Shown: positions 9,594 through 18,145 of the stretch, piece by piece
How positions within the stretch are numbered: the stretch's first letter is position 1
Layout: the number at the start of each line of letters is the position of its first letter
IMG/VR virus record: IMGVR_UViG_3300028454_001166
Location: 34,758-98,757 of that record
Strand: one strand, 5' to 3'
DNA length: 64,000 nt
Origin: a virus
Lineage: Duplodnaviria; Caudoviricetes
Position numbers and translations under genes: made by a program
The notes under the pieces: model-generated
Databases searched by the model: none
What the model saw: only the letters and a program-made list of their open reading frames with translations
Told to the model about the DNA's origin: nothing

Positions 9594-9618
9594 AAGACGC
9601 AGAAATGCGTCTTTTCTT
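9594..9618 (+). terminator. Intrinsic terminator
   Basis: AAGACGCA-GAAA-TGCGTCTT-TTCTT. Confidence 0.75.
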
Positions 9619-9645
9619 ATTTCCCCGTTGAAAGGAGGGGTCGGC

Positions 9646-11313
9646 ATAAAAGGCAACAACATAAGTCGTTTCAAACAGCGACGCGCTGAACGTCTAATAC
9701 AAAGAGCGTTTAATGCGGATGCCCGTTTTGACGAGGACAAGGGAAAATGGGTGACGACCCACGAAAAGAAGCGTCGAATCCACATAAACGAAAACGGAAT
9801 CCCGGATAAAGGGAACCCCTTTGTCATAGCCAAGATGACCGGGTCTAAGCCCAAGGTCAGCACTGGCTACAAAAAGAAGAATCTTCACGATCTTCTTGTA
9901 AAGGGCAAATCCGACAAAGCTGTAAAAGCTCTGAAAGCCTTGGAAGAAGGTTCCACTATCACGCTGGAAAACGGCACACAGTACACGAAGACGGGGAGCG
10001 GCTTTGTCAGCTCGAAGGGAAAAACTGGCGGCAAACAAACCCCGCAAGCCATAGCGAAGATCCTCCATGGTCACTCCGGAGGCGGGAAGGACTTTACGGT
10101 TGGTGATCCCAAACCCGATGCAGTTCCCGAGGCAAAAGCGCCTAAAACGTCAACCGTCCCAACCTACCCGAAGACATACAGCAAGGGTCAGCTTGGCGCG
10201 TCCCATAGTTCTCATATGGGAGACGATCCGGTAGACATTCCGAAAGGTCCGCCTAAAACCTATAAATCCGACTCCGGCCACGAATTCGTGGACGCGGGTA
10301 ATATTCTATCAAGCGTCAAATCAACCGATACGACGAAAGACATCATCGAGAAGCAGGGATTCAGCGGTTTGCCTCGACGGGTATCAAAAGAGGAATTTCA
10401 AAAGATTGCAAAACAGAGTGGTTTCGTTTCGAAGCGAACATATAGCGCGGCCTCTCAGGAGCTCGCAGACGAATATCGAAAACAGCTCTACGAAGGGGAC
10501 TTTTTCGTGGACTGCACCGTAGGCGGTGCACAATACGGGCAAGGAATGTATTGTGCCGCCGATTACACCGGCAACGGATACAACGCGGGCATCGACGAAG
10601 AGATGAAGCACTACCAAAAATTGAATGTCGCGCGGCAAGCAGATAACGCTTTCATCTTAGGGGCTTCAACCGAAGATCTGAACAAGGCCATAGACGAGTG
10701 TAAGGCCGCGGGTAAGTACAGCTGGAACGGAATGGGTTACAAGCACATGACCCCTGCCGAGCATGAGGCGTTTAAGAAGTTTGTAACGCATCAGAAGCTC
10801 AGCCCAAAAGAAGAAGAGGCCATGGCAAAGCACGGCGGTTTTTCGGATGTTCAGTTCGTGCTGTCCACTGATGTCGGGTGGAGCAACTATGGAACGGTTT
10901 CCGTAGGAAGCACTAAGAGCGCTACCAAGAACAAGTTCCTCTCGACATATAAGGGGTACAAAAAGACCGAAGTGGTCACGTTGGACCCGAGCGCGAAGAT
11001 TATTAGTTTCAATGCTCTAAAGGCGAAATACAAGGCCTATAAAGGTACGAAACCGAAAGATCTGGGTGCCTTCGCCGCGGCTATGGGCTACGATGCGATC
11101 AACGCCTACGGCCATGGTAAATCCGGGTCCTACACCGTTATTCTCAACCGGACAAAATGTGTATTTATGGATCGGCCTATCAATGGCGACTCGGTAGATG
11201 AGCCGAAGGAATCCCGTATCAAGTTCATCCCCGGCAAGCATGGCCGGTTCCACGCATATCGGGACGGTCAATATCTGGGGTGGGTGGACACCTACGTCGG
11301 CGGTCAGAACTGA
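9646..11313 (+). CDS. Putative head-cargo protein, N-terminus paralogous to 4781, C-terminal PARP-like ADP-ribosyltransferase candidate
   Basis: Leader FKQRRAERLIQR; about 130 aa closely similar to the 4781 N-terminus; tip QGFSGLP...YGQGMY...GYDAI...YTVILNR. Start is uncertain (ATA 9646 after a strong SD, or TTG 9628). Confidence 0.6.
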   Translation: MKGNNISRFKQRRAERLIQRAFNADARFDEDKGKWVTTHEKKRRIHINENGIPDKGNPFVIAKMTGSKPKVSTGYKKKNLHDLLVKGKSDKAVKALKALEEGSTITLENGTQYTKTGSGFVSSKGKTGGKQTPQAIAKILHGHSGGGKDFTVGDPKPDAVPEAKAPKTSTVPTYPKTYSKGQLGASHSSHMGDDPVDIPKGPPKTYKSDSGHEFVDAGNILSSVKSTDTTKDIIEKQGFSGLPRRVSKEEFQKIAKQSGFVSKRTYSAASQELADEYRKQLYEGDFFVDCTVGGAQYGQGMYCAADYTGNGYNAGIDEEMKHYQKLNVARQADNAFILGASTEDLNKAIDECKAAGKYSWNGMGYKHMTPAEHEAFKKFVTHQKLSPKEEEAMAKHGGFSDVQFVLSTDVGWSNYGTVSVGSTKSATKNKFLSTYKGYKKTEVVTLDPSAKIISFNALKAKYKAYKGTKPKDLGAFAAAMGYDAINAYGHGKSGSYTVILNRTKCVFMDRPINGDSVDEPKESRIKFIPGKHGRFHAYRDGQYLGWVDTYVGGQN

Positions 11314-11344
11314 TAGAATCGCCTCTTCCGATGAAAAATAAAAT

Positions 11345-11364
11345 GCGCGGAAACGCGCTTTTTT
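11345..11364 (+). terminator. Possible terminator
   Basis: GCGCG-GAAA-CGCGC-TTTTTT. Confidence 0.6.
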
Positions 11365-11391
11365 AGTTCCTCACGATAGGAGGCGTTTCCG

Positions 11392-11559
11392 TTGAAAGAA
11401 TACATTCGTGTTTTCATTCGTTTCAAAGAAGGGAGAACCGTGTGCATCTGCATGAGGGACAACCCGAAATGCAAGAAGCACTGCATCCCAGAACTGGTAG
11501 AGCGGGACAAGATGAGAGATTGGCAAGAGGCCTTCAAGGTCAATAAATACGGAAAGTAA
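11392..11559 (+). CDS. 55-aa Cys-containing hypothetical protein (below the ORF-track cutoff)
   Basis: AGGAGG then TTG; MKEYIRVFIRFKEGRTVCICMRDNPKCKKHC... Confidence 0.5.
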   Translation: MKEYIRVFIRFKEGRTVCICMRDNPKCKKHCIPELVERDKMRDWQEAFKVNKYGK

Positions 11560-11653
11560 AGCGGGGTATATCGCATATGAAACGCGTCGTAAAATCGGTT
11601 CACGATCCGCCCATCGAAAGCTATTATTTTGACGGCAAAGAAAGAGAAGGGAG

Positions 11654-11992
11654 GTGGTACGGATGCCGGAGAAAGAAATGAGCGTCATTGAAACCATCTG
11701 CCAGCAGATGATTAAGTCTGCGGGGGATGTCATCGCGCTCGAGCAGGTTATATCTCGGCTGGAAGACCACAATAACGATAAGGTGTTGGAGCTGTTTGAA
11801 CACCTGCAAATCTCCAATCTGGAAGCCCTGCAAACCTTGACAGTCGCCTTAACGGGTGAAATGCTGGAATCCCGGAAGACCGAAAACGATGATTCGGATG
11901 ATGGCGGCGTCTTTGCGCCGGGGGAGCTCGATTGGAAAAAGAAAGCCGAGGTGATCGGCCACGGTGAAACGGAGGAAGAAGCCGATGAATAA
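11654..11992 (+). CDS. Hypothetical head-region protein
   Basis: GGGAGGT SD; overlaps the protease gene start. Confidence 0.55.
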   Translation: MVRMPEKEMSVIETICQQMIKSAGDVIALEQVISRLEDHNNDKVLELFEHLQISNLEALQTLTVALTGEMLESRKTENDDSDDGGVFAPGELDWKKKAEVIGHGETEEEADE

Positions 11993-13826
11993 GACCATGC
12001 CTAAGCTGGTTCACGTCACACGGCTTGACAGTTTCCCCGTAACCCGTGCAACGTACACGGATGAAGGTTATCTGTCCGACCGACCGATTCTGACGTCAAC
12101 CGGAATCTTCGAGTACAAAAACAAAGATGGCTCGATCAGACGGGAGCTGAGGCTCCCGGAGGAAGTTTTTGACCCTGAAAGTCTTGAATCCTATAAAGGG
12201 AAGCCCATCGTGATAACACACGATGCCGGGCTTATTAACCGTGACAATGTTCAGGAAAATCAGATAGGGACGATCCTCAGCGCCGGTGAGCGCGACGGGG
12301 ATGATGTTCGGGCTGACATCATGATTCATGATACAAAGGCCCTGAAAAACTGTCGATTCAAGGAACTGTCGCTCGGTTACAACCTCGACCTTGAAGAGGA
12401 ACCGGGAGAATGGGAAGGGCAGAAATATGATGCCATCCAGCGGAACATCCGCGTGAACCATCTTGCCGTTGTCAGGGAGGCAAGGGCGGGAGATCAGGCG
12501 CGGCTGAACATAGATAGCCGTTCCGATAACACAATCTTAACAGGAGGACATAGGACTATGGCCAAGAAGAAGACCCGCCGTAAATACAACAACGACGGCA
12601 TCCTCAGCCCTGAACAGCTGCAGGAAGCAATCGCAAAGTATAAGGCGGAACAGGCGGCGCTTGCCGCTGAAAATCAGGACGAAGATCCTGATGAAGAGGC
12701 CGAGGAACTCGCAAAGACCGAGGTTGTAAACCCCGAGGCCGATGTGCAGAAGAATGAGCTGAACAAGGATACGGACAAGCCGGTTCCTGCTCCGCAGAAT
12801 ACCGCGCCGCAGGTGCTCCCCCCGAAGAAGCCCGTGGCTCCGAGCATCCCGCTCCCGAGTCAGGACAGGCCCATTGAGGAGAAGCTCGACGCGGTGAAGC
12901 ACAGACGCGATCTCCGCGACGAGAAGGGTGACCCCAAGGACCTTAATGAGGCCATGGAAAGCATCGCTGAATACGACGAGGAGCACGATTATTATCGTGA
13001 CATCATCGACACCCTTCTCGCTGAACGTGACTTCGAAAAGGGTAAGAAGGCCGACTCTGCGCAGGAGCCCATCCCCGACACCGAGACCGCTGAAATCGGT
13101 GACAAGGGCAAGGAGAAAGACGAGGACTGTGTGGACAACAAGCTCGACTCCGAAGACGCTGACACCCCCTTCACCGATGAAGAAGAGGTAAAGGAAGACG
13201 ACGAGGAAGACACCGACCCGTTTGGTGACGAGGACTTCGCTGACGAAGATCTCACCGAAAACGAGGGTGAGGAAGAGGATCCGGCTTTTGCCGATTCTGA
13301 CCTCGGCGACCCGGACTCCGCTGATCCCGATAACGAGGACGACGATGACGAAGAGGCACTTCCCGACTACGATCTCACCGATCCCGACATCGACGATGCA
13401 GATGAGGAGGAGGAATCCTACCCGCGTCTGAATCAGGATTCTATCGACCGGGCTGTTCGGAAAGAAGTGCAAAGACGGCTCGCCATCGCCAAGGTAGGCC
13501 AGCGGCTCAACATGGACGGTCTGGAAACCATGAGCCTCCGCAAAGCGAAGCGCATGGTCATTAAGAAGGTTTATCCTTCTGTCCGGCTCGACGGTAAGAG
13601 TGACGCCTACATCAACGGTATGTACAACTGCTGCGTAAAAGAGCTGAAGAAACACCCCCGGAAGGATACCGCCTACCAGAAGCGGCAGATGTTCAATAAG
13701 GTGTTCAACAAGGACTCTCAGGACTTCGATAACACCGATTCCGCGGCAACCGCGCGTGACAAGATGATCGAACGGCAGCTGGATCGCAAGCCGGAACGTC
13801 ATAGCGTTCGTGCGGAAAAGAAATAA
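11985..13826 (+). CDS. Prohead protease (DUF2213-type) fused to acidic scaffold
   Basis: TDEGYL...TGIFEY...ELRLPEEVF...GKPIVITH...ELSLGY...QRNIRVNHLAVVREARAG; long acidic C-terminal half; internal SD+ATG at 12558. Confidence 0.88.
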   Translation: MNKTMPKLVHVTRLDSFPVTRATYTDEGYLSDRPILTSTGIFEYKNKDGSIRRELRLPEEVFDPESLESYKGKPIVITHDAGLINRDNVQENQIGTILSAGERDGDDVRADIMIHDTKALKNCRFKELSLGYNLDLEEEPGEWEGQKYDAIQRNIRVNHLAVVREARAGDQARLNIDSRSDNTILTGGHRTMAKKKTRRKYNNDGILSPEQLQEAIAKYKAEQAALAAENQDEDPDEEAEELAKTEVVNPEADVQKNELNKDTDKPVPAPQNTAPQVLPPKKPVAPSIPLPSQDRPIEEKLDAVKHRRDLRDEKGDPKDLNEAMESIAEYDEEHDYYRDIIDTLLAERDFEKGKKADSAQEPIPDTETAEIGDKGKEKDEDCVDNKLDSEDADTPFTDEEEVKEDDEEDTDPFGDEDFADEDLTENEGEEEDPAFADSDLGDPDSADPDNEDDDDEEALPDYDLTDPDIDDADEEEESYPRLNQDSIDRAVRKEVQRRLAIAKVGQRLNMDGLETMSLRKAKRMVIKKVYPSVRLDGKSDAYINGMYNCCVKELKKHPRKDTAYQKRQMFNKVFNKDSQDFDNTDSAATARDKMIERQLDRKPERHSVRAEKK

Positions 13827-13849
13827 TCACACTCACAGGAGGAAACAAA

Positions 13850-14341
13850 ATGCAGACTGCTTATAAGTACTTCGCAGGTAGGGGCATCGCGGGCGGCCTC
13901 GTGGATCTCGCTCCCTACGCAATCGACAGCTTCATCAATGAGGAAGAGAACGGTGTTCTGAAGCCGGGTCTCGCCGCGATGTCCGGCACGAACGCCGGAA
14001 CCCAGATCAAGCTCTACACCGGCGCTGACGCCACCTTCGAGGGCGTTATCAACAACAACCGGAACACCGAGTACGATCTTGACGGCCACCTCCGGATTCT
14101 GAAAGGCGCGGGCGTCGGTGTGGTCCGTTGGGGCCGCGTTTACGTTCGTGTGGCCGAAGGTGTAGAAGTGGCCTACGACGATCCGCTGTATGTCGTGAAG
14201 ACCGGCGACGAAACCGGTTTCTTCACTAACACCGCTGGCACGGCTGGCAGTGAAACCGGTGTCGCCGTCAGGGGTCGTTTCCTTGGCCCGGTGGAGAACG
14301 GCATCGCCCCCGTCGAACTGTTCAATCAGGCCGACGCCTAA
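13850..14341 (+). CDS. Capsid decoration/cement protein
   Basis: Position between protease-scaffold and major capsid; WGRVYVRV; Gly/Ala-rich. Confidence 0.7.
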   Translation: MQTAYKYFAGRGIAGGLVDLAPYAIDSFINEEENGVLKPGLAAMSGTNAGTQIKLYTGADATFEGVINNNRNTEYDLDGHLRILKGAGVGVVRWGRVYVRVAEGVEVAYDDPLYVVKTGDETGFFTNTAGTAGSETGVAVRGRFLGPVENGIAPVELFNQADA

Positions 14342-14378
14342 TTGAACAAGAACTGATTCAAAACAGGAGGAAATACAC

Positions 14379-15413
14379 ATGGCAAACAAGCACAGATCCT
14401 ATGAGAAGGACGAGGCGAGAGCTCTTCGGGACTCTGGTATTGCGAAAGCGATCATCGCCTCTGAAGGCACTCGTTTCGACAGCGCTGAGGAAGCATCTGT
14501 TTTCTTCGCCCGTGAGCTGGATTTCGTCAAGAGCCAGTCCTACGACGTTGAATACCCCGAACTGACCGCGCTGAACATCTTCCCGATCAGCACCGAAGCT
14601 GATGAGGGCGCGGAAACCATCACCTACTACACCTACGACAAGAAGGGCGTCGCCAAGATCATCGACAGCTATTCTACGGACCTTCCGAGAGCTGACGTGG
14701 ATGGTACCCCCTCTGTCGCCAAGATCAAGTCTCTCGGTGCTTCCTACGGTTACTCCGCTCAGGAAATGAGAGCGTCCCGTCTCGCCGGTAAGGGGCTGGA
14801 TGCCCGGAAAGCCGAGTCCGCAAGATGGGCTATCGACTCCGCGAACAACAAGATCGCGTGGGCCGGTGATACCGCTTCCGGTCTGATGGGCGTTCTTTCT
14901 GCGGGTCAGTCTATCCCGCTGTACACCATCCTCGCTGATGGTTCCGGTAAGACCAAGTGGACCGAAAAGGACCCCGACGCCATCCTTGACGACATCAACG
15001 GCATGGCGAAGCAGGTGGCCAGAACCACGAAGAACGTGGAACGCCCCGATACCCTCTGCGTCCCTGCCGATGTGTATATGCACATCGCAACCAAGAGAAT
15101 CCCGCAGACCGCTACCTCCGTGCTGAACTACCTCCTCGAGAACGCTCCGTACATCAAGGAGATCGTCAGCGCGGCTGAGCTGGATGCCGATTCCGTTGAG
15201 ACCAACCCCTACGCCGCGGCTTCCGGTGGTCAGGGCGTCGCCTTCCTGTTCAAGAAGGACAAGAAGAAGCTCTCCCTCGAGAACCCGATGCCCTTCAACC
15301 AGTACACCGCCCAGACCAGAAATCTGGAAACCATCATCCCCTGCGAAGCCAGAACTGCGGGCGTCATCGTGTACTACCCCCTGTCCTGCCTGATCGCTAT
15401 CGGCGTTTCCTAA
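14379..15413 (+). CDS. Major capsid protein (DUF2184-type, HK97 fold)
   Basis: FFARELDFVKSQSYDVEYPEL, YGYSAQE, IAWAGD, GVIVYYP; strongly biased codons. Confidence 0.9.
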   Translation: MANKHRSYEKDEARALRDSGIAKAIIASEGTRFDSAEEASVFFARELDFVKSQSYDVEYPELTALNIFPISTEADEGAETITYYTYDKKGVAKIIDSYSTDLPRADVDGTPSVAKIKSLGASYGYSAQEMRASRLAGKGLDARKAESARWAIDSANNKIAWAGDTASGLMGVLSAGQSIPLYTILADGSGKTKWTEKDPDAILDDINGMAKQVARTTKNVERPDTLCVPADVYMHIATKRIPQTATSVLNYLLENAPYIKEIVSAAELDADSVETNPYAAASGGQGVAFLFKKDKKKLSLENPMPFNQYTAQTRNLETIIPCEARTAGVIVYYPLSCLIAIGVS

Positions 15414-15502
15414 GATCCGAACAAGCCAAAAACGGGGGACGGGAACAGGGAACCCGCCCCCCGTCCCATTCGTGAAAACGACACATCTTTTGGAGGTTAA
15501 AA

Positions 15503-15847
15503 ATGCTTTTCATCAAAAATTGCAGCTCAAAAGTGATTCACATCGGTAATCAGATGGTTCTTCCGGACGAAAGAATCGAAGATTCCATCGTTGACGGTCT
15601 CAAGCTCTCAGATAACGCGGCGGTCGGGACGCTTCTTGATCTCGGGTATCTGGAACTGGTAGACGTCGTTGAAGTTCCGAAGAAAACCGGAAGCCGCGAG
15701 GCCAGAGTGGAAACGGTAGAGGTTGACGTCCCTGCCGATGAACCCGAACCTGCCCCCGAACAGCCCGCCCCTGAACAGCCCAAAGCGGAAACCACGCCAG
15801 AGACAAAAACCACGACAAAGACCGGCGCGAGAGGCAAACGGGGCTAA
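15503..15847 (+). CDS. Hypothetical virion-associated protein
   Basis: SD, position after major capsid, Pro/Glu-rich tail. Confidence 0.6.
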   Translation: MLFIKNCSSKVIHIGNQMVLPDERIEDSIVDGLKLSDNAAVGTLLDLGYLELVDVVEVPKKTGSREARVETVEVDVPADEPEPAPEQPAPEQPKAETTPETKTTTKTGARGKRG

Positions 15848-15869
15848 AAATCTTCTATGAGGTGATAGC

Positions 15870-16283
15870 ATGACCGCCCTTGAAATAATCAGAGTCGTAG
15901 GCACGGAGTTCAAAGACATAAGCGATGAAGTCCTTGAACAGTGGATCGAAATCGTGAAGCCGATGGTCTCCAAGAAGCAATTCGGGAACTTGTATGAACA
16001 GGGCCTTGCCTTTCTCGTGTGCCACAAATTGAAAATGGCCGGGGAAGGGAATAACCCCCTCGGCGACGAGTTTAATACCGCCAGCCTCGGCTTCGGTGTA
16101 TCCAGTGTTTCCGAGGGCGGTAGTTCTATCAGTTTCAGCGCCTCACAATCTTCTAATCTTGCAAACGATGCGGAGCTGGCACTGACCGCGTATGGCTTGC
16201 AATATCTCAGCATCCGGAGAATGGTGATCGTTCCGATCCATATTAGCGGGGAAGGTGAGAACTATGTCCATCGGCTTCCATGA
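15870..16283 (+). CDS. Head-tail adaptor (DUF4054-like)
   Basis: EFKDISD...AFLVCHKL...[11 protein letters not shown]...LTAYGLQYL. Confidence 0.8.
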   Translation: MTALEIIRVVGTEFKDISDEVLEQWIEIVKPMVSKKQFGNLYEQGLAFLVCHKLKMAGEGNNPLGDEFNTASLGFGVSSVSEGGSSISFSASQSSNLANDAELALTAYGLQYLSIRRMVIVPIHISGEGENYVHRLP

Positions 16284-16725
16284 TTTGAAAATGTCTCCGA
16301 AGGGCGCAAAGTTCATGGCAGAACTGAACTGGCTGGCAAACCGAACGATTCATGTCGGCTTCCAGCGGGGAAAGGGTGTCTATGAAAATGGAGCCGATGT
16401 TGCCGATGTTGCTATGTACAACGAATTCGGCACTTCCAAGATTCCGCCAAGACCCTTTATGGAGCAATCCTTCAAACGGCACGAAGTGGAGTATGTTGAG
16501 GAATGTGAGAACATCTTCAACGCCATGATTAAAGGTCAGAAGACCGACAGCCTGATCCGGAAGTTTGGCGCAAAAGTCAAACAGGATATTGTGGACGAAA
16601 TAGAGCTGGGGCAATTCGTACCGAACGCCCCATCCACGGTTGCAAAGAAGGGGTTCAACAAGCCCTTGTACGAAACCGGCTTGATGGAGAAATCTATCTC
16701 CTACTACACGGAGAAAGTGAAGTGA
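16264..16725 (+). CDS. Neck/tail completion protein (HK97 gp10-like)
   Basis: [18 protein letters not shown]...[20 protein letters not shown]. Confidence 0.8.
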   Translation: MSIGFHDLKMSPKGAKFMAELNWLANRTIHVGFQRGKGVYENGADVADVAMYNEFGTSKIPPRPFMEQSFKRHEVEYVEECENIFNAMIKGQKTDSLIRKFGAKVKQDIVDEIELGQFVPNAPSTVAKKGFNKPLYETGLMEKSISYYTEKVK

Positions 16726-16729
16726 TGGC

Positions 16730-17134
16730 ATGAATATCCGACTGTTCAACCGGAAATATACCCTCCGGTCGTTCGGCCCGCCTACAATCAGGAATGGGTA
16801 TGCTATTCCTTCTGGATACACCGACAAAACGGTGAGCATCCATGTACATCCGTCTGGTGGGGATCAGGTACAGGATAAGGATGGAGCGGGCGAGGGCGTG
16901 GCAAGACGCCTCGAAGGACATGGAGAGGTAGAAATAAAAATCTCGGACAGAGAGGCCGGAACAAAAGCAGATATGCTATTTTTTGACGGCCATTGGTACG
17001 AGTGCGTTTCGTGTGAGCACTGGTTTCATACCATCCTCACGCATTACAACTACCGATTTGCCCTTGTCCCCGAACATGCAGAAGGAAAGAAAAGTGAGTT
17101 TAATGCTCCGATGACGTATGGAGGTGGATTGTGA
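16730..17134 (+). CDS. Head-closure protein
   Basis: Synteny; ADMLFFDGHWYE...HYNY. Confidence 0.65.
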   Translation: MNIRLFNRKYTLRSFGPPTIRNGYAIPSGYTDKTVSIHVHPSGGDQVQDKDGAGEGVARRLEGHGEVEIKISDREAGTKADMLFFDGHWYECVSCEHWFHTILTHYNYRFALVPEHAEGKKSEFNAPMTYGGGL

Positions 17135-18099
17135 GGATAAAGGACGTCAGAAAACTTTTTTGTTCTCTGACTGAAGAATATTTCTCAAATGCAATTGTGC
17201 TTCTTTCGCGTCAAAGCAGGATTGCAAAACCAGAACTTCCTCTCGTTTTGCTGACATTCGGGACTGTGACCCGACCTTCCCGCCCGAATCTTCAAGTGTT
17301 CGACGGCGTGAATGTGGAGCAATATGCGTCTAATGTCCAGCTTGATATAGATCTGTTTACCCACGGCATACCAATCGTAGATCAAGAGATTGGGGTTGTC
17401 GGTTATGAGGATTCCGCCGTTGAGGATTTGACGGCTTTTGATGATTTCCTTAACTCCGAATATGTTCTGGAATGGTGCGATATTCATTCCTTGACGATTC
17501 AGCGGGAGGGAGATATAGAATCCTTATCCGGTATTATCGGCGAAACGTCTTATGAATACCGGGCCAGAATGCGGCTCATTCTGTCATTCGTTTCCTTGGC
17601 AGTAGAACACGCCGCAGTAAACGATGAGAGCAGTATTGTTTATCCCACGGGAAGATTCGATGGGGATGAGGAAATCTTTGAACCGGGTGCGCCCGTAAGG
17701 AAAACGAGTACAACCGGAGGGTTTGGAAGTCCGGAAGAGGAAAAAGAAAAACGGGCGACCGTCGTTCCTCATTACACACCCACGAGCAGTGGAGGCGGAT
17801 CCGAAATCCTCGCTATGTTCAATACCGGGTACTTCACCGAAGCCGAGGTGGAGTTTGTTCCTTATACCCGCGAGGGAGAATATGTATCCCATGGCTTTGC
17901 GGTCAGAGGCCATCTCGACGCCACGGCAAGACGGCTTCTTGATTACCTGCAAGAGTTAGGATTTTACCCGGTTACAGCCGACTTTGACCTGAAGCATTCC
18001 GTGACCTATGTCAGCGACGATGATTTGATCGTTGAGGTTGACGAGGAAAACAAAGCTCTTATCATCAAGCGGGGAAAGAAGACTTCCGATCCCGTATAA
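17131..18099 (+). CDS. Tail terminator/neck protein with C-terminal extension
   Basis: Directly upstream of the sheath gene; YEYRARMRL motif. Confidence 0.6.
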   Translation: MRIKDVRKLFCSLTEEYFSNAIVLLSRQSRIAKPELPLVLLTFGTVTRPSRPNLQVFDGVNVEQYASNVQLDIDLFTHGIPIVDQEIGVVGYEDSAVEDLTAFDDFLNSEYVLEWCDIHSLTIQREGDIESLSGIIGETSYEYRARMRLILSFVSLAVEHAAVNDESSIVYPTGRFDGDEEIFEPGAPVRKTSTTGGFGSPEEEKEKRATVVPHYTPTSSGGGSEILAMFNTGYFTEAEVEFVPYTREGEYVSHGFAVRGHLDATARRLLDYLQELGFYPVTADFDLKHSVTYVSDDDLIVEVDEENKALIIKRGKKTSDPV

Positions 18100-18145
18100 G
18101 TGAGCCGCAATATCCCATAAATCATAGAAACGGAGGAAAATCCGA

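Noticed and set aside
8250-11313. Both ART-like proteins end in GQN(Y)
   Set aside because: Three residues with no upstream similarity; likely coincidence.
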